NCBI GenBank assembly: GCA_018398765.1
Contig: JAHBMJ010000477.1
Span: 62,001 to 126,000 of the forward strand
From: Chromera velia
Lineage: Eukaryota
Reading direction: 5' to 3'
DNA length: 64,000 nt
This document shows positions 10,768 through 21,725 of the stretch, piece after piece. The first letter of the stretch is position 1. Each line of letters begins with the position of its first letter. The notes below the pieces were generated by a model that searched no databases, was not told the DNA's origin, and was given only the letters and a program-made list of their open reading frames with translations. The translations under genes were made by a program, and so were the position numbers.

Positions 10768-13704
10768 ATGATGATGGAGGCGGAGACGGGTGGTGTGGTT
10801 TTTGCTTGCGCTGGTGTGGAGCCTCGGGAGGGGCAGACGCTGGTGGTCGTTGGGAGCAGCTCTGCGCTCGGGGGGTGGGACGCGAGTCGTGGTGTCACCC
10901 TCCATCGAGTGAAGGCTTCTGGCTTTCCAAGCGGCGTGTGGATGTCCTTTCCGATGTGGCACAAAGCGTGTTCTGAACTGCAGTTTCAGTTTGCCCTTGT
11001 CGGACCGTGTGCCGATTCTGTCCTGTCGGGTTCGTTGAGGTGTGATTATGCGATGACATTTTGCAACAGTCAGTCTCAGGTAGACGGTGGTCAGAGGTCT
11101 TCCGAAGCGACTCTTACCTCACTGACAGCCTGCCCCTCAGCAGCAGCTTCCACTGACGGTCGAAGTGAGGACTGTTGTGGTTGCGTGTGGGAGCCTTTGA
11201 GGGGTGAGGCGCGGCAGGTGGAGGTCGTTGATGGTGGGCTTGCGTTGTTTGGCGGGCGTTGGGGAGATGTGGAGACACAGGTGACTCCGTTGACATGGGA
11301 TGATATTGTGTTAGCACAGCAGCAGCTGGAACAGGACACGCTCCCCTCTGTCTCCTCAGAGTTCGAGACTGAGAGGGAAAGGAGGGGAGAGATTGGGGCT
11401 TCGTCTGAGGATGAGGTGATAGTGAGCGACGGTTATGTCACTGCAGAGGCTCACTGTGCCTCGTTCGGTGCTTCCACAACTGTCCTTTCGTCTTCTCCTC
11501 GGATTCGCGATACCTCACAGAGAGAGGGTGGGAAGGGAACAGAGGGAGGGGAAGGGATTCTGGTTCCAGAGAATGAAGCTGACTTTCTCAATCACAGAAG
11601 CATGACGGCGGAATCGGGGGAGAAGGGGGGTGAGTCAGACGGCGGGGGGGTGCCAAGTCCCTCCGACAATGGAGATATTCTGATGCCGTCTGCCGCTTCT
11701 TCTGAGCGCCACGGCCTGTCTGTCTCCGATTGTGATTCTGGGACCTCCGTGTCTGTGTTTGTGGAGAGGGGGAGGGATGAAGAGCTGCGGATGAGAAGGG
11801 GAAGGGGCAGGGGGCATGACGACAGTGATGAACCCTCTCGCTCCTCTCTGAAGAGACGGTGTGAGGAGGGGGGGGAAGGTCTGTTGGGAGGGAAGAATGA
11901 AGCGAGTGTGGAGTGTTTGGGGGGTGGACATCTGTCTGTCTCTGGTCCTTTTCTGTTGGTCGTAGAGAGTGGCTGTCTGTCGGTCTCCCGAGAGGAGCAG
12001 GTAGAGGGGCAGTCACAGTTGGTGTCTGCCGTGTGTGAGGGTCCGAAGCGTCGCCGTCTCTCTTCTCCTTCTGCCGCCGTCTCCGAATCTCAGTCACTGA
12101 CAGACAAAAGAAGGGAGGAAGAAAAAACTCTTGTGACAGAAAGAACCCTTCCCACACGTCCATTTCTGTCTGTCTCTCAGCAGCACCCACCCCTTCAGCA
12201 TTATGCTCTCTCAGCCGACAGCATCACCCACTGCTCAGCAAAGCATACCAACGCATACGCATATCGCCGTGCAGCAACGGACAGATTGATCGAAGAGGGG
12301 GGAAGGGAAAGGAGACAGATAGGAAGGGAGACGGCGTATGAGAAGGGAAAGGAAACGACGGTCGTCTCCTCCAGGCTCAGTGGCGACAGGCACCGTCAGA
12401 TACGTGGAGACGGCGGTAGTGGAGGGAAAGAGGTGAAGATGAAGAGAGAGAGCACAGAAGAGGTCAAGAGGAACCGGCAGGGACAGATCATCTGTTCACA
12501 TGGACAGCGGCGCTATTATTGCAAAGAGTGTGGAGGCAAGGGTGTTTGTGAGCACGGTCGCCACAGACGTATGTGCAAGGACTGCGGAGGGAAGAGTATC
12601 TGTGAACACGGCCGACCACGCACTCAGTGCAAGGAGTGCGGGGGGAAGGGCCTCTGTGAACACGGCCGACCACGCACTCAGTGCAGGGAGTGCGGGGGGA
12701 AGAGCATCTGTGAGCATGGTCGCCGTCGCACTCAGTGCAGGGAGTGCGGGGGGAAGAGCATCTGTGAGCATGGTCGCCGTCGCACTCAGTGCAAGGACTG
12801 TGGAGGAAAGGGCCTCTGTGAACACGGCCGACCACGCACTCAGTGCAAGGAGTGCGGAGGGGGGAGCATCTGTGAACACGGCCGACCACGCACTCAGTGC
12901 AAGGAGTGCGGGGGGAAGGGCCTCTGTGAACACGGCCGACCACGCACTCAGTGCAGGGAGTGCGGGGGGAAGGGCATCTGTGAGCATGGCCGCCGTCGCA
13001 CTCAGTGCAAGGAGTGCGGAGGGGGGAGTATCTGTCAGCACGGCCGCATTCGCACTCATTGCAAAGAGTGCGGGGGGAAAAGCATCTGTGAACACGGTCG
13101 GCAGCGATATATGTGCAAGGACTGTGGAGGAAAGGGCCTCTGTGAACACGGCCGACCACGCACTCAGTGCAAGGAGTGCGGGGGGAAGGGCATCTGTGAG
13201 CATGGCCGCCGTCGCACTCAGTGCAAGGAGTGCGGAGGGGGGAGTATCTGTCAGCACGGCCGCATTCGCTCTCATTGCAAAGAGTGCGGGGGAAAGGGCT
13301 TCTGTGAGCACGGTCGGCACCGATATATGTGCAAGGAATGTGGAGGAAAGGGCCTCTGTGAACACGGCCGACCACGCACTCAGTGCAGGGACTGCGGGGG
13401 GAAGGGCATTTGTGAGCACGGCCGCCGTCGCACGGCGTGCAAAGAGTGCGGAGGGGGGAGTATCTGTGAGCACGGCCACCGACGCACGGCGTGCAAAGAG
13501 TGCGGAGGGGGGAGTATCTGTGAGCACGGCCACCGACGCACGGCGTGCAAAGAGTGCCGAGGTGGAAGCATTTGTGAGCACGGCAGAGAGCGGACTGGGT
13601 GCAAGGAGTGTGGAGGTGCTGGCGGGCATTTGTGTTCCCCGGAAGGAACCCACGTGGATTCTGCCAGCAGTGCAAGCGGATCTCTTCTCTTCCTCCTTGG
13701 TTAA
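10768..13704 (+). CDS. CBM20-like domain + linker + 21 x 18-aa Cys/His repeat protein (paralog of 7479-9278)
   Basis: First ATG at 10768; GQTLVVVGSSSALGGWD..GVW..LQFQF is CBM20-like; the lead-in EVKRNRQGQII matches the paralog's EVKRNRHGHIL; 21 repeats at 12493-13626. Confidence 0.85.
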   Translation: MMMEAETGGVVFACAGVEPREGQTLVVVGSSSALGGWDASRGVTLHRVKASGFPSGVWMSFPMWHKACSELQFQFALVGPCADSVLSGSLRCDYAMTFCNSQSQVDGGQRSSEATLTSLTACPSAAASTDGRSEDCCGCVWEPLRGEARQVEVVDGGLALFGGRWGDVETQVTPLTWDDIVLAQQQLEQDTLPSVSSEFETERERRGEIGASSEDEVIVSDGYVTAEAHCASFGASTTVLSSSPRIRDTSQREGGKGTEGGEGILVPENEADFLNHRSMTAESGEKGGESDGGGVPSPSDNGDILMPSAASSERHGLSVSDCDSGTSVSVFVERGRDEELRMRRGRGRGHDDSDEPSRSSLKRRCEEGGEGLLGGKNEASVECLGGGHLSVSGPFLLVVESGCLSVSREEQVEGQSQLVSAVCEGPKRRRLSSPSAAVSESQSLTDKRREEEKTLVTERTLPTRPFLSVSQQHPPLQHYALSADSITHCSAKHTNAYAYRRAATDRLIEEGGRERRQIGRETAYEKGKETTVVSSRLSGDRHRQIRGDGGSGGKEVKMKRESTEEVKRNRQGQIICSHGQRRYYCKECGGKGVCEHGRHRRMCKDCGGKSICEHGRPRTQCKECGGKGLCEHGRPRTQCRECGGKSICEHGRRRTQCRECGGKSICEHGRRRTQCKDCGGKGLCEHGRPRTQCKECGGGSICEHGRPRTQCKECGGKGLCEHGRPRTQCRECGGKGICEHGRRRTQCKECGGGSICQHGRIRTHCKECGGKSICEHGRQRYMCKDCGGKGLCEHGRPRTQCKECGGKGICEHGRRRTQCKECGGGSICQHGRIRSHCKECGGKGFCEHGRHRYMCKECGGKGLCEHGRPRTQCRDCGGKGICEHGRRRTACKECGGGSICEHGHRRTACKECGGGSICEHGHRRTACKECRGGSICEHGRERTGCKECGGAGGHLCSPEGTHVDSASSASGSLLFLLG
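12493..13626 (+). repeat. coding tandem repeat, 21 x 54 bp
   Basis: Directly visible TGTGARCAYGG..TGCARGGASTGYGG periodicity. Confidence 0.95.
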
Positions 13705-16101
13705 TTTTCTCCCGCCTTTTTTCTCTTCTTTTTTAGCCGTCACTCTTTTTTTTCTCTCCGTTTGAAACAAAAAAGCGGTCGAGGGATGGATGTTTCTTTG
13801 CCTCTGAGCTCTATCTGTGAAGAGTGTGGGGGGAATGGCATCTGTGTTCACGGAAAGGGACCCAGATACTGCCAGGCTTGCAAGCACGCATCTTCTCTTC
13901 CTTCTTGATCTTTTGTTCCCTTCGCTTCGCTCTTCTGTACAATCATGTTTTCCCTCCCCGGCCATCCATTCGTGCCCTCATTCTTGAGAGCAGGTCTAGC
14001 TCTCGGTCAATTTGCAATCGCCTCTACTCAGTCGCTTACGCTCGTTTGTTATCCTTCAGATCGATGGAGAGCGGATGGGTGGTGCACTGCTCTGGATTTG
14101 ATCGGAGTGTGTGGATGGAAGTGGGAGTGGATGTGTGGAGAAGTCTTGCTGCACGTGTGTCTTTGTTTCTGAATCCATAGATCTGCTTGTTGGGGAGAAG
14201 CCCGCATCCCATCAGGAGCTGTTTATCATCTTTTCTCGATCCGCTTGTTGCATGCGTGCACGTTGAGTGTGTGAAGTGTGTTGCGTGTGTTTGCATTTTC
14301 CATTTGCTCCGATAGAGAACGGGCCCGCCACAGGCAGTAGGTGTGGGATTGATTTCTCAGACAGATGTGGGCACACACATCTGGGGGGGGGGGGGAGTAC
14401 TTCCGCCTCTAGCCCGATAGAAATACCATTGGATTGTGTACGTTTGTATTCTCCCCACCTTTATTTTTTGTACAAAGCAGCTTTAGGAATGCGCGGCCCT
14501 CTCCACTGGCCTCAAATTGGAGTGGTGGTTGCATGGTGTAGAGAAATAGGAAGAGGGAGGGAGGGAAGGGTAAGGGAGCATTGCTTCTTTAATTCACGCA
14601 TGCATCCGACGTCCGCCTTGTGTCATTCTTCAACTCCAAAGCGTCTTTCGATCCTGTTCTGATCGGGGTCCGTTTCTCCCTCTCTCTCTTTCGCTTTCTC
14701 TTTCCTCATCTTCTTGTGGGTGGGTTGGTTTCTTGTTTCCCTACTTCCTTGCTTGGTGGCGATTTCTCATCTGTTTTTTCTTCGAGAGGGAAGTCGGCGG
14801 AGGTGCTGCTACCCTCTCTTCTCCTCTCCTTTGTTTCCTTCTCTGCACGGTGAGCTTCTTTTTTGGGAGCGTGCGTGCGCATGTGCATGTCAGACCTACT
14901 GGTCGGACAACTGCAGGGAACCGTCAGACAATTAAGCACTGATGGTTCGTGAGCAGAGACGAAAGAGAAGAAAAATCTTTGCGCATTCAAGACTGCCAAG
15001 TTGAAAAACAAACGGAGAAAGAGAGATGCGCTTCTCCCATCCTCGGCCCTGTCCTCCCTCGATCTTCGGGTTGATCCATGTCGATCTGCATGTTCATATA
15101 TGTATGTCGATCTCCCCTGGCCTGTCCTCTCCCCCCCCCCCCCNCCGGGTTTTAAATTCCTCGTTGATCGATTGTTTGGCTCGTCTTCCTAAGCATCTCG
15201 TCAATTGCCTGAAGCATCTTTCAGTCTTTGTCTTCACCTTTCTTTTGACTGACTTTTCGTGCTGTGTCCGACTCTCTCTTTTGTTTGTCTCCTCTCTGTT
15301 TTCTTTGCGATTGACTTTCTCTCGCGTGCATGGTGCCTGCATGTGGTTGTCAATCGAAGAGGGCATGCATGCATTCGGGTGCTCTGAAAGCATTTGCTTG
15401 CCTTGCGTTTGTTTATCGTTTTTCTCAACCACATGTCTGTGTCGAGGGAGATTTTTATGTATGAGTCTAGGTATGAGTCTGTCTATCAATGTTTCATACA
15501 AAGGAGACCATAGTGCTATAGGAAAAGGTTCAAGGTTCACTTTGAAGTAATGAACCCGAATCAGGTTCAAAAACAGGTTCACTTTTAATTAGTGCAGTAC
15601 CAATAAGCACCAATTCATGTTTAAAACTAAGTTTAAAAATTTTCAAAAAAATAATTAAGTCAAGCAAAGTAATCCTAAAAAAAGAGAAAAAAAGGATAAA
15701 AACACAAGGATAAAATGGTTTTACTAAAATTATTTTGAGTGTTTTATAACGTTTACTTAGATGGAAATCGAAAATCAAACAAAGTTAGGCAACAACTTAG
15801 ACTTTCAAATAAAAAACTTAAAATTTTACATTTTGGAGTAATATGATTGCTGACGACACAGTTGTTACATTCATAAGATTGTTCATGGGACCATGGGTAA
15901 GTGATAACTGATAAGTGATTTACAGATTGATGATTGATGGTCAGCTGTACAAAAATCAACATCTTACAGCTTTTTATGCCCACTAGTTCATGACTTATAT
16001 GTCTAGATTGCTAAGATTGGCTTTTAAATTAGTGATACGTAGACGGTATGTCTTTCAAATTACTGGTCAAATTATGTCTACGTACACGTGTACGTGTCTA
16101 G

Positions 16102-16102
<1 letters not shown>

Positions 16103-16144
<42 letters not shown>

Positions 16145-16145
16145 A

Positions 16146-16186
<41 letters not shown>
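16103..16186. repeat. (TG)n microsatellite
   Basis: Direct reading. Confidence 0.95.
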
Positions 16187-16188
<2 letters not shown>

Positions 16189-16599
16189 AGAGTGATAAAA
16201 GCGCATCGATCATGCGCATTCCGTAGCCATACTGTCTCACATAGTGTAATTTTGGATAAATTGGATTCAATGTACAAGAGTTGCAATGCAATCCAAAAGG
16301 AAGATGCGATTGACTGTATGCCTCTGTGAGCTTGCTCTGCTCTCAATTCATCCATTTCTCGTAGTCGTCGTGGAGCATTCCTGCATTGTATTCCATTTAC
16401 ATGGGGGGTTCTTTGGAATTCGTGCAAACGCTTTTGCCGAATGGCAGTCTTTCGTGCTTGAGAGTGTGCCATGCTCCCTTCCATAACTACATACTGTGCA
16501 TCAATGTCAAGGCAAAAAAAAAACCGACCCCCTTCCCTTTTGCGACCAACTACTCCACGGAGGGTTTCTACAGAAAGAACGCCTCAGGAGAGAGGAAGA

Positions 16600-17028
16600 A
16601 GAGACCAACGATAAGATGACTCAGATCTTCTTGCACCATGAGGGGTATGTGGGATTATGGGCACGATGCCGAAGAGATGAAAAAAGATGACCTAGAGGAA
16701 AACCAGCGGAAAAGCAAATCGAAAAACCCAAAAAAGAGAACGAAAATGAGCCCATAGGGACCTCAACGCAAAACGAAATTTCGGAGAGTCAGTCAGCAAA
16801 GCCACAGGGAGTTTAGCTAGAGGAAGCACGCAAGAAATAAAGGAAGGAAACAAGGGAGAAAAGGGGTAGAAAAAAAAAAAAAACAGTCGGCAAACGTACC
16901 AGAATCCCATAATATTCGTAAGACATTCCTGCAGTGACATTCGCAATCAAACAAAAGACGTGCTCCCATCGCTCAGTCAGTCAGTTACCAAGTTGTAATC
17001 ATACCCCCGCGCCCACCCCTTACACACA

Positions 17029-17083
<55 letters not shown>

Positions 17084-18658
17084 GGATGGTTGCCTGGTTG
17101 CCTGGTTAGTTAACTGCTCCCTGACAGTCTGACGCACTGACGGACTGACCGACTCGCTTCCGGATGGACTAACACAGGACACACTAACTCGCTGACTGAC
17201 TCACCGACTTGGCTGGTTGACTGACTGAACTGACTGACTGTCTTTCTGTCTCTCGATTTTCAGAAAATGCAGTAATGTAGTCCCACAGTCTGACTGTCTG
17301 TCCGTCTGTGTGACTGTCCAAGTGTCTATCTGAAAACAAAAGACAGCCCCACAGTCTATCTGACTGATTGACTGACCGCCTTGCAGTCGGAAATGCCGTT
17401 TCCGTTCTGAGTCTGTGGAGCCACCGAGCTGCCCATATAAGCGCAGTGCGTGAGGAGACGGGCAGAACTGCGATCAGCACGTCTCCTGCCTGAGAGGAAA
17501 ACGGTTGGACGATCCGCAGATTAGAAGGGTGGCAATACTGAGGTAGGAAAAAGATGAAGGAAAAGACCGAAGACAAGAGAGACGGAGAGACAAAGAGAAA
17601 GCCTCGCGGGAAGGCGGACAAGAATGAAGGACAGGATCAGACGAGGACAGAGCAAAAGAGGGGACGAAGCAGGAGATTACAAGAAAGAAGATAAAAGAGA
17701 GGGGGACAATCAAGTATCGGGTAGAGGGGAAGAGAAGAACAGACAGGAGGAAACTGAGGACAGAAACACTGGATGCGGGAAAGCAAATCTGGGCACACAC
17801 ACCCACAATCGGTCATTGAGCTCACCCCCCCCCACACGCACACAAACATTTCAGACCAGAGAGGACGCTCACTTCTTGAAAGCAGTCAGGGTCTTCTAGG
17901 TCTTCACAGAGTTGGGCGACCATGCGCTGCAGTTGGGGGGGGGGGAGGGAGACAGAAAGGCTGGGATACGGCAGTGCGGGGGGCGGAAACGCTTGCCTTG
18001 AGCAAGAAAGACTCAAGTGTGACAAAAAGAAAGAGGTTAACCAAGCTGTCTGTAATCCAAGCGAATAACCGATGGACAGAGAGGTGGGGGGAATCAGGCA
18101 CGAAACGAAATGGAAAGACGCGGTGGACAAATCAAAAGCTACGTATATGTATAAACGGAAAAGGGGCATGCGCAGATAGACGGAGCGGAATACAAACAGA
18201 GCCTTCGAAATGCGCGATCTCTACGTACAAAAAAGAGGACAGACACATAGAAGCTTTTTCGGGTCATGATCTTTCGTATCTGCCCTTTTCTCATCATGTA
18301 GATGGGCGATAATCAAAGGAGACGGAGTTCATGAGAATCAACAAAAACCAGGTTGGCAAAACAATCCAAACGTAATCCGTACATACAAGCGCCTGTGAAA
18401 GCGCCCTCCTTGCCCTCCACCCCCTTCCCTGCAGTCCCTCTGGCTTACCGTTTGCTCTTCATCAGGAAGTTGCTGCCATTCTGCGGCCAGTCTTTGTGGG
18501 TCGTCGTGGAGTCTGTACAGTTTTCCTGCAAGTCCCTCTACCCGCTCTATTAGTGCCTTGGCTGGTGGAAGCCTCTCATTCAATTTAGACTGCAGGTTGC
18601 GTTGATGGGCGAGAGAGTGAGAGGGGCCAGGAGGACTCCCGGGAGGAAGACCCGCCAT
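16600..18658 (-). CDS. small multi-exon hypothetical protein (3' end uncertain)
   Basis: Exon 1 MAGLPPGS..PDEEQT followed by a GTAAGC donor (~18448). Further AG/GT-bounded segments at ~17927-17874 (RMVAQLCEDLEDPDCFQE), ~17489-17380 (AGDVLIAVLPV..), ~16930-16899 and from ~16692. No recognisable domain. Confidence 0.5.
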
Positions 18659-19371
18659 GACTGGGCAATCGAATGTTTCAAAAGAATGGTGCCCGGCTTG
18701 TATGGTGGGTCTCGGAGCGAGCAAAAAAGATTTGGACTGTTTTTGATGGCCGCTCAGATCATGAAAGAGCGATCCTCGGGCTGAGTACGCTTGGTATGTG
18801 CTTGACTGGCTAGCGTTGATCCTTTGACACTCCGGTCAGGCCGATTCAGATCGACGATTTAAAATTCAGACGTACGTATCGATATATTGTCGATATCTAC
18901 TATACTTATATATCTGTCTTAGCTGCATGCACGCGCGTATCCCGGCGCCTGCATGCATGCGGTGCCGCGCCCACGGGCCCGGGTCGCGGTCATGCATGCA
19001 TGGTCGGTCCCTGCATGCCCGTTGAATTGCGCGTGCGTCAGTGACAGCGCGAAGGTCAGAAGATTTGGCTTTGTCACTTGGGGAAGAAAAAAAAGCCTTT
19101 TGCAGCAACCTCAGCATCTGTACACCGGCGACAACTCGGCAACAAATCATCCTCAGTGTGCCCAATGTGCGCTGACAGCGTTGTGGTTCGTTCGAAGAGC
19201 CAAGATGACAAGGAATATCCGTCACCGAAAGCGTGGACCGAGCTAACTCCACTTAATTGAAGTGCCACGATAGCCCGTCCTCGTGCGAAGGCCTTCAGGC
19301 CCTGCTGCAGCTGTGTGAAGGAGCAGAGCGAGGAAGGGACAGAAAGAGGACGAAGAAACAGTGAGGTGCAA

Positions 19372-21608
19372 ATGGCACAACCACAACAGGGGGGAGGCAC
19401 AGCGGGGGATTCTCATGCTCATGATGCCCCACCGTCTCTGTGGCGGACAACGACCCAGATTGACCCCTCACAAAGACCTGCTCCAGGCTTTGGGCTTGGC
19501 AATCGCACGGTGAGTGTGTAGGGAGAGAGTGTGGTCCCCTTCCTTCGGTGGTGAATCACTCTTTGTGCAATCGTGTGATGGCCTTCTTTCAGAGACGGCA
19601 ACCATCTTTCCCTCCGTCCATCTGTCCGACTGACCCATGCAATCTGTTTCTCTCTCTCTCTATCGGTCCGCCTGATCCCCCGTCTCTGTGCATGTACCAT
19701 TTTCTGTGTCAGGGAGGCAATCTCTTCAGAGGCGCATTGCAAGGTTTTTTCCACAGACGGGGGGCGCCTCCTATTCTCCTTCTCACCCTCTTCCTGTTCT
19801 GTTTGGCCTGCCTCTGATTTGCAGCTCTCTCTTCAAAGCTCTGGGGGGAGTCCACTCGCTGGTGTCTCGTTCAAAGTGTTCTCTTGGGGTGCGAATGAGG
19901 CTGGGCAGCTGCTGCTCGGAACCTCCTCTAGTCCTAGTCAAGGAGACGTAGTGATGCATGGGTGTGAGGGGGAGGGGGCGTCCAGTTCTGCTTCTGCTGG
20001 TGTGACTGTTGAGGAATTTCGGAGTGCGCCTGCGTGTATTCAAAAATTGAGTGGCAGAAGAGTGCGTTCTGTGGTCGCGGGTTTGGATTCCTCGTGGGTC
20101 GTGGGGGAGGCCGGAGACGTGTGGGGGGGGGGGAACAACAGTCAGGGGCAGATCGATCCTCAAGATAAGGACGCAGGGAGTGTGGTGTCCCGGCCGAGGC
20201 ATGTAGAGAGTCTTGAAAACTTTAAAGTGTTTGCGATGGCGGCAGGAAGAGACCATGCTGTTGCGATTCAACACAACGGGAATCCTTTGTCGTTTGGGGT
20301 CGGCGAGTTCGGGCAACTTGGAACTGGTGGGTTCATGGGTGTGTTGTGTAGTTCTTCCTTTATTTCTTTCTTTTTAGCAGGTCTGTGTCTGTCCATGGAG
20401 GAGGAGAATTGGTGTGGAAAATTGGGGAACGTAGGAAAGGAAAGGCAGAAAGAAGACGTTTTGTTTTTGTTGGGGAACAAATTAAGACAGCGAAAAAATA
20501 ACAAGTCATCATAAAGAGAACGAGCAAGTACTGAGCAGAATGCTGAAGAAAGGCGAATTTGGAAATGAAAGAAAAGCGAAAGAGCAATTAGTTTTTTTTT
20601 AAATTCCCTTCCGTTTCATTTCATTCTTTCTGCTGCTGATTTCACTTCCATCTCTGCAGGTCAAACTTCTCTGAGAACAGAAGTCCCAAGACAGGTCAGT
20701 CAGTGAAGCAGGGAGTCAGGTATACTGCCGGGGGAAAATTGAAAATTCCACAGCATCTTTATTGTGTTCTTTTGCCTCAAGGTTTTCGCTGTTGCTCTGC
20801 TACTGTTTGGTGTTTCATGCACCTTCCTTTCTCTTTTTACCCGTTCACTCCTTCCTTGTTTATTTGTGGAATGAATGAATGACTTTGCAGCTGAAGGGAT
20901 TTTCGGGTCTTTCCATCCGGGCCGTCGCGTGTGGTTCTGTCCATTCACTTATTTTGTCCACCACGGGACAGGTCTTCGTCTGGTTAGTTAGTTCGGTCTG
21001 CATGCCATCTCTCTCCGCTCTTTCTTTCTCTCTGTGTGCGTGTCTCTGTGTGTGGGAAGACGGACGGAGGAAGGGAGGGAGGGAGACAGAAAGAGAGATG
21101 TCAGTACGGACAAAAGGAAGGTGAATCAACAGAAGATCGAGTAAATATGAGATGGAGAAAACGTTGATCAAGTGAGGTAGGGCAAGATGAACCAGGCACA
21201 GCAAGACCTTTAAAATTGCGTTGAGTCGTGTGTCATGCCGTCCAGAAGAAAAAATGTTTCTGCGGTGGACCGATTTCCTACCGCACTCCTTCTTCTTCTT
21301 CTTCTTCTCCTTCTTCTCCTTCTTCTCCTTCTTCTTCTTCTTCTTCTTCTTCTTCTTCTGCTTCTGCTTCTGCTTCTGCTTCCGCTTCTGCTTCTGCTTC
21401 TGCTTCCGCTTCCGCTTCTGCTTCTTCTTCTTCTTCTTCTTCTTCTTCTTTCTCTTTTTCTTTTTCTTTTTCTTCTTGTTGCTGTTATTGCAGCGGAGAC
21501 AATAGCAGCGGGGCCTTGGGGGTAGGGGATCCCTCGAGTGACCCTTCGAAGGCGATGGCAGTGACGGCTGTGTGTGTTCCCAAACTCTTCGCGTTGCCGG
21601 TACAGCAG

Positions 21609-21656
<48 letters not shown>

Positions 21657-21694
21657 GTCTCTCTGTCTCTCTGTCTCTCTGTCTCTCTGTCTCT

Positions 21695-21725
<31 letters not shown>

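Noticed and set aside
9593..10976. ORFs between the two CBM20-repeat genes
   Set aside because: No motifs; more simply explained as shared promoter and 5' UTR sequence
12493..13626. Regularly spaced repeats as a possible CRISPR array
   Set aside because: No unique spacers, the period is a multiple of 3 and in frame, the context is eukaryotic, and there are no cas genes
12488..13965. Long alternative-frame and antisense ORFs over the zinc-repeat arrays (also 7349-8195)
   Set aside because: Shadows of a stop-poor 54-bp coding repeat; only the Cys/His frame is continuous with the CBM20 domain
15124..15150. N inside a poly-C run (similar at ~22213 and ~29951)
   Set aside because: Assembly ambiguity at homopolymers, not biology; it also cautions that some frameshifts may be sequencing errors
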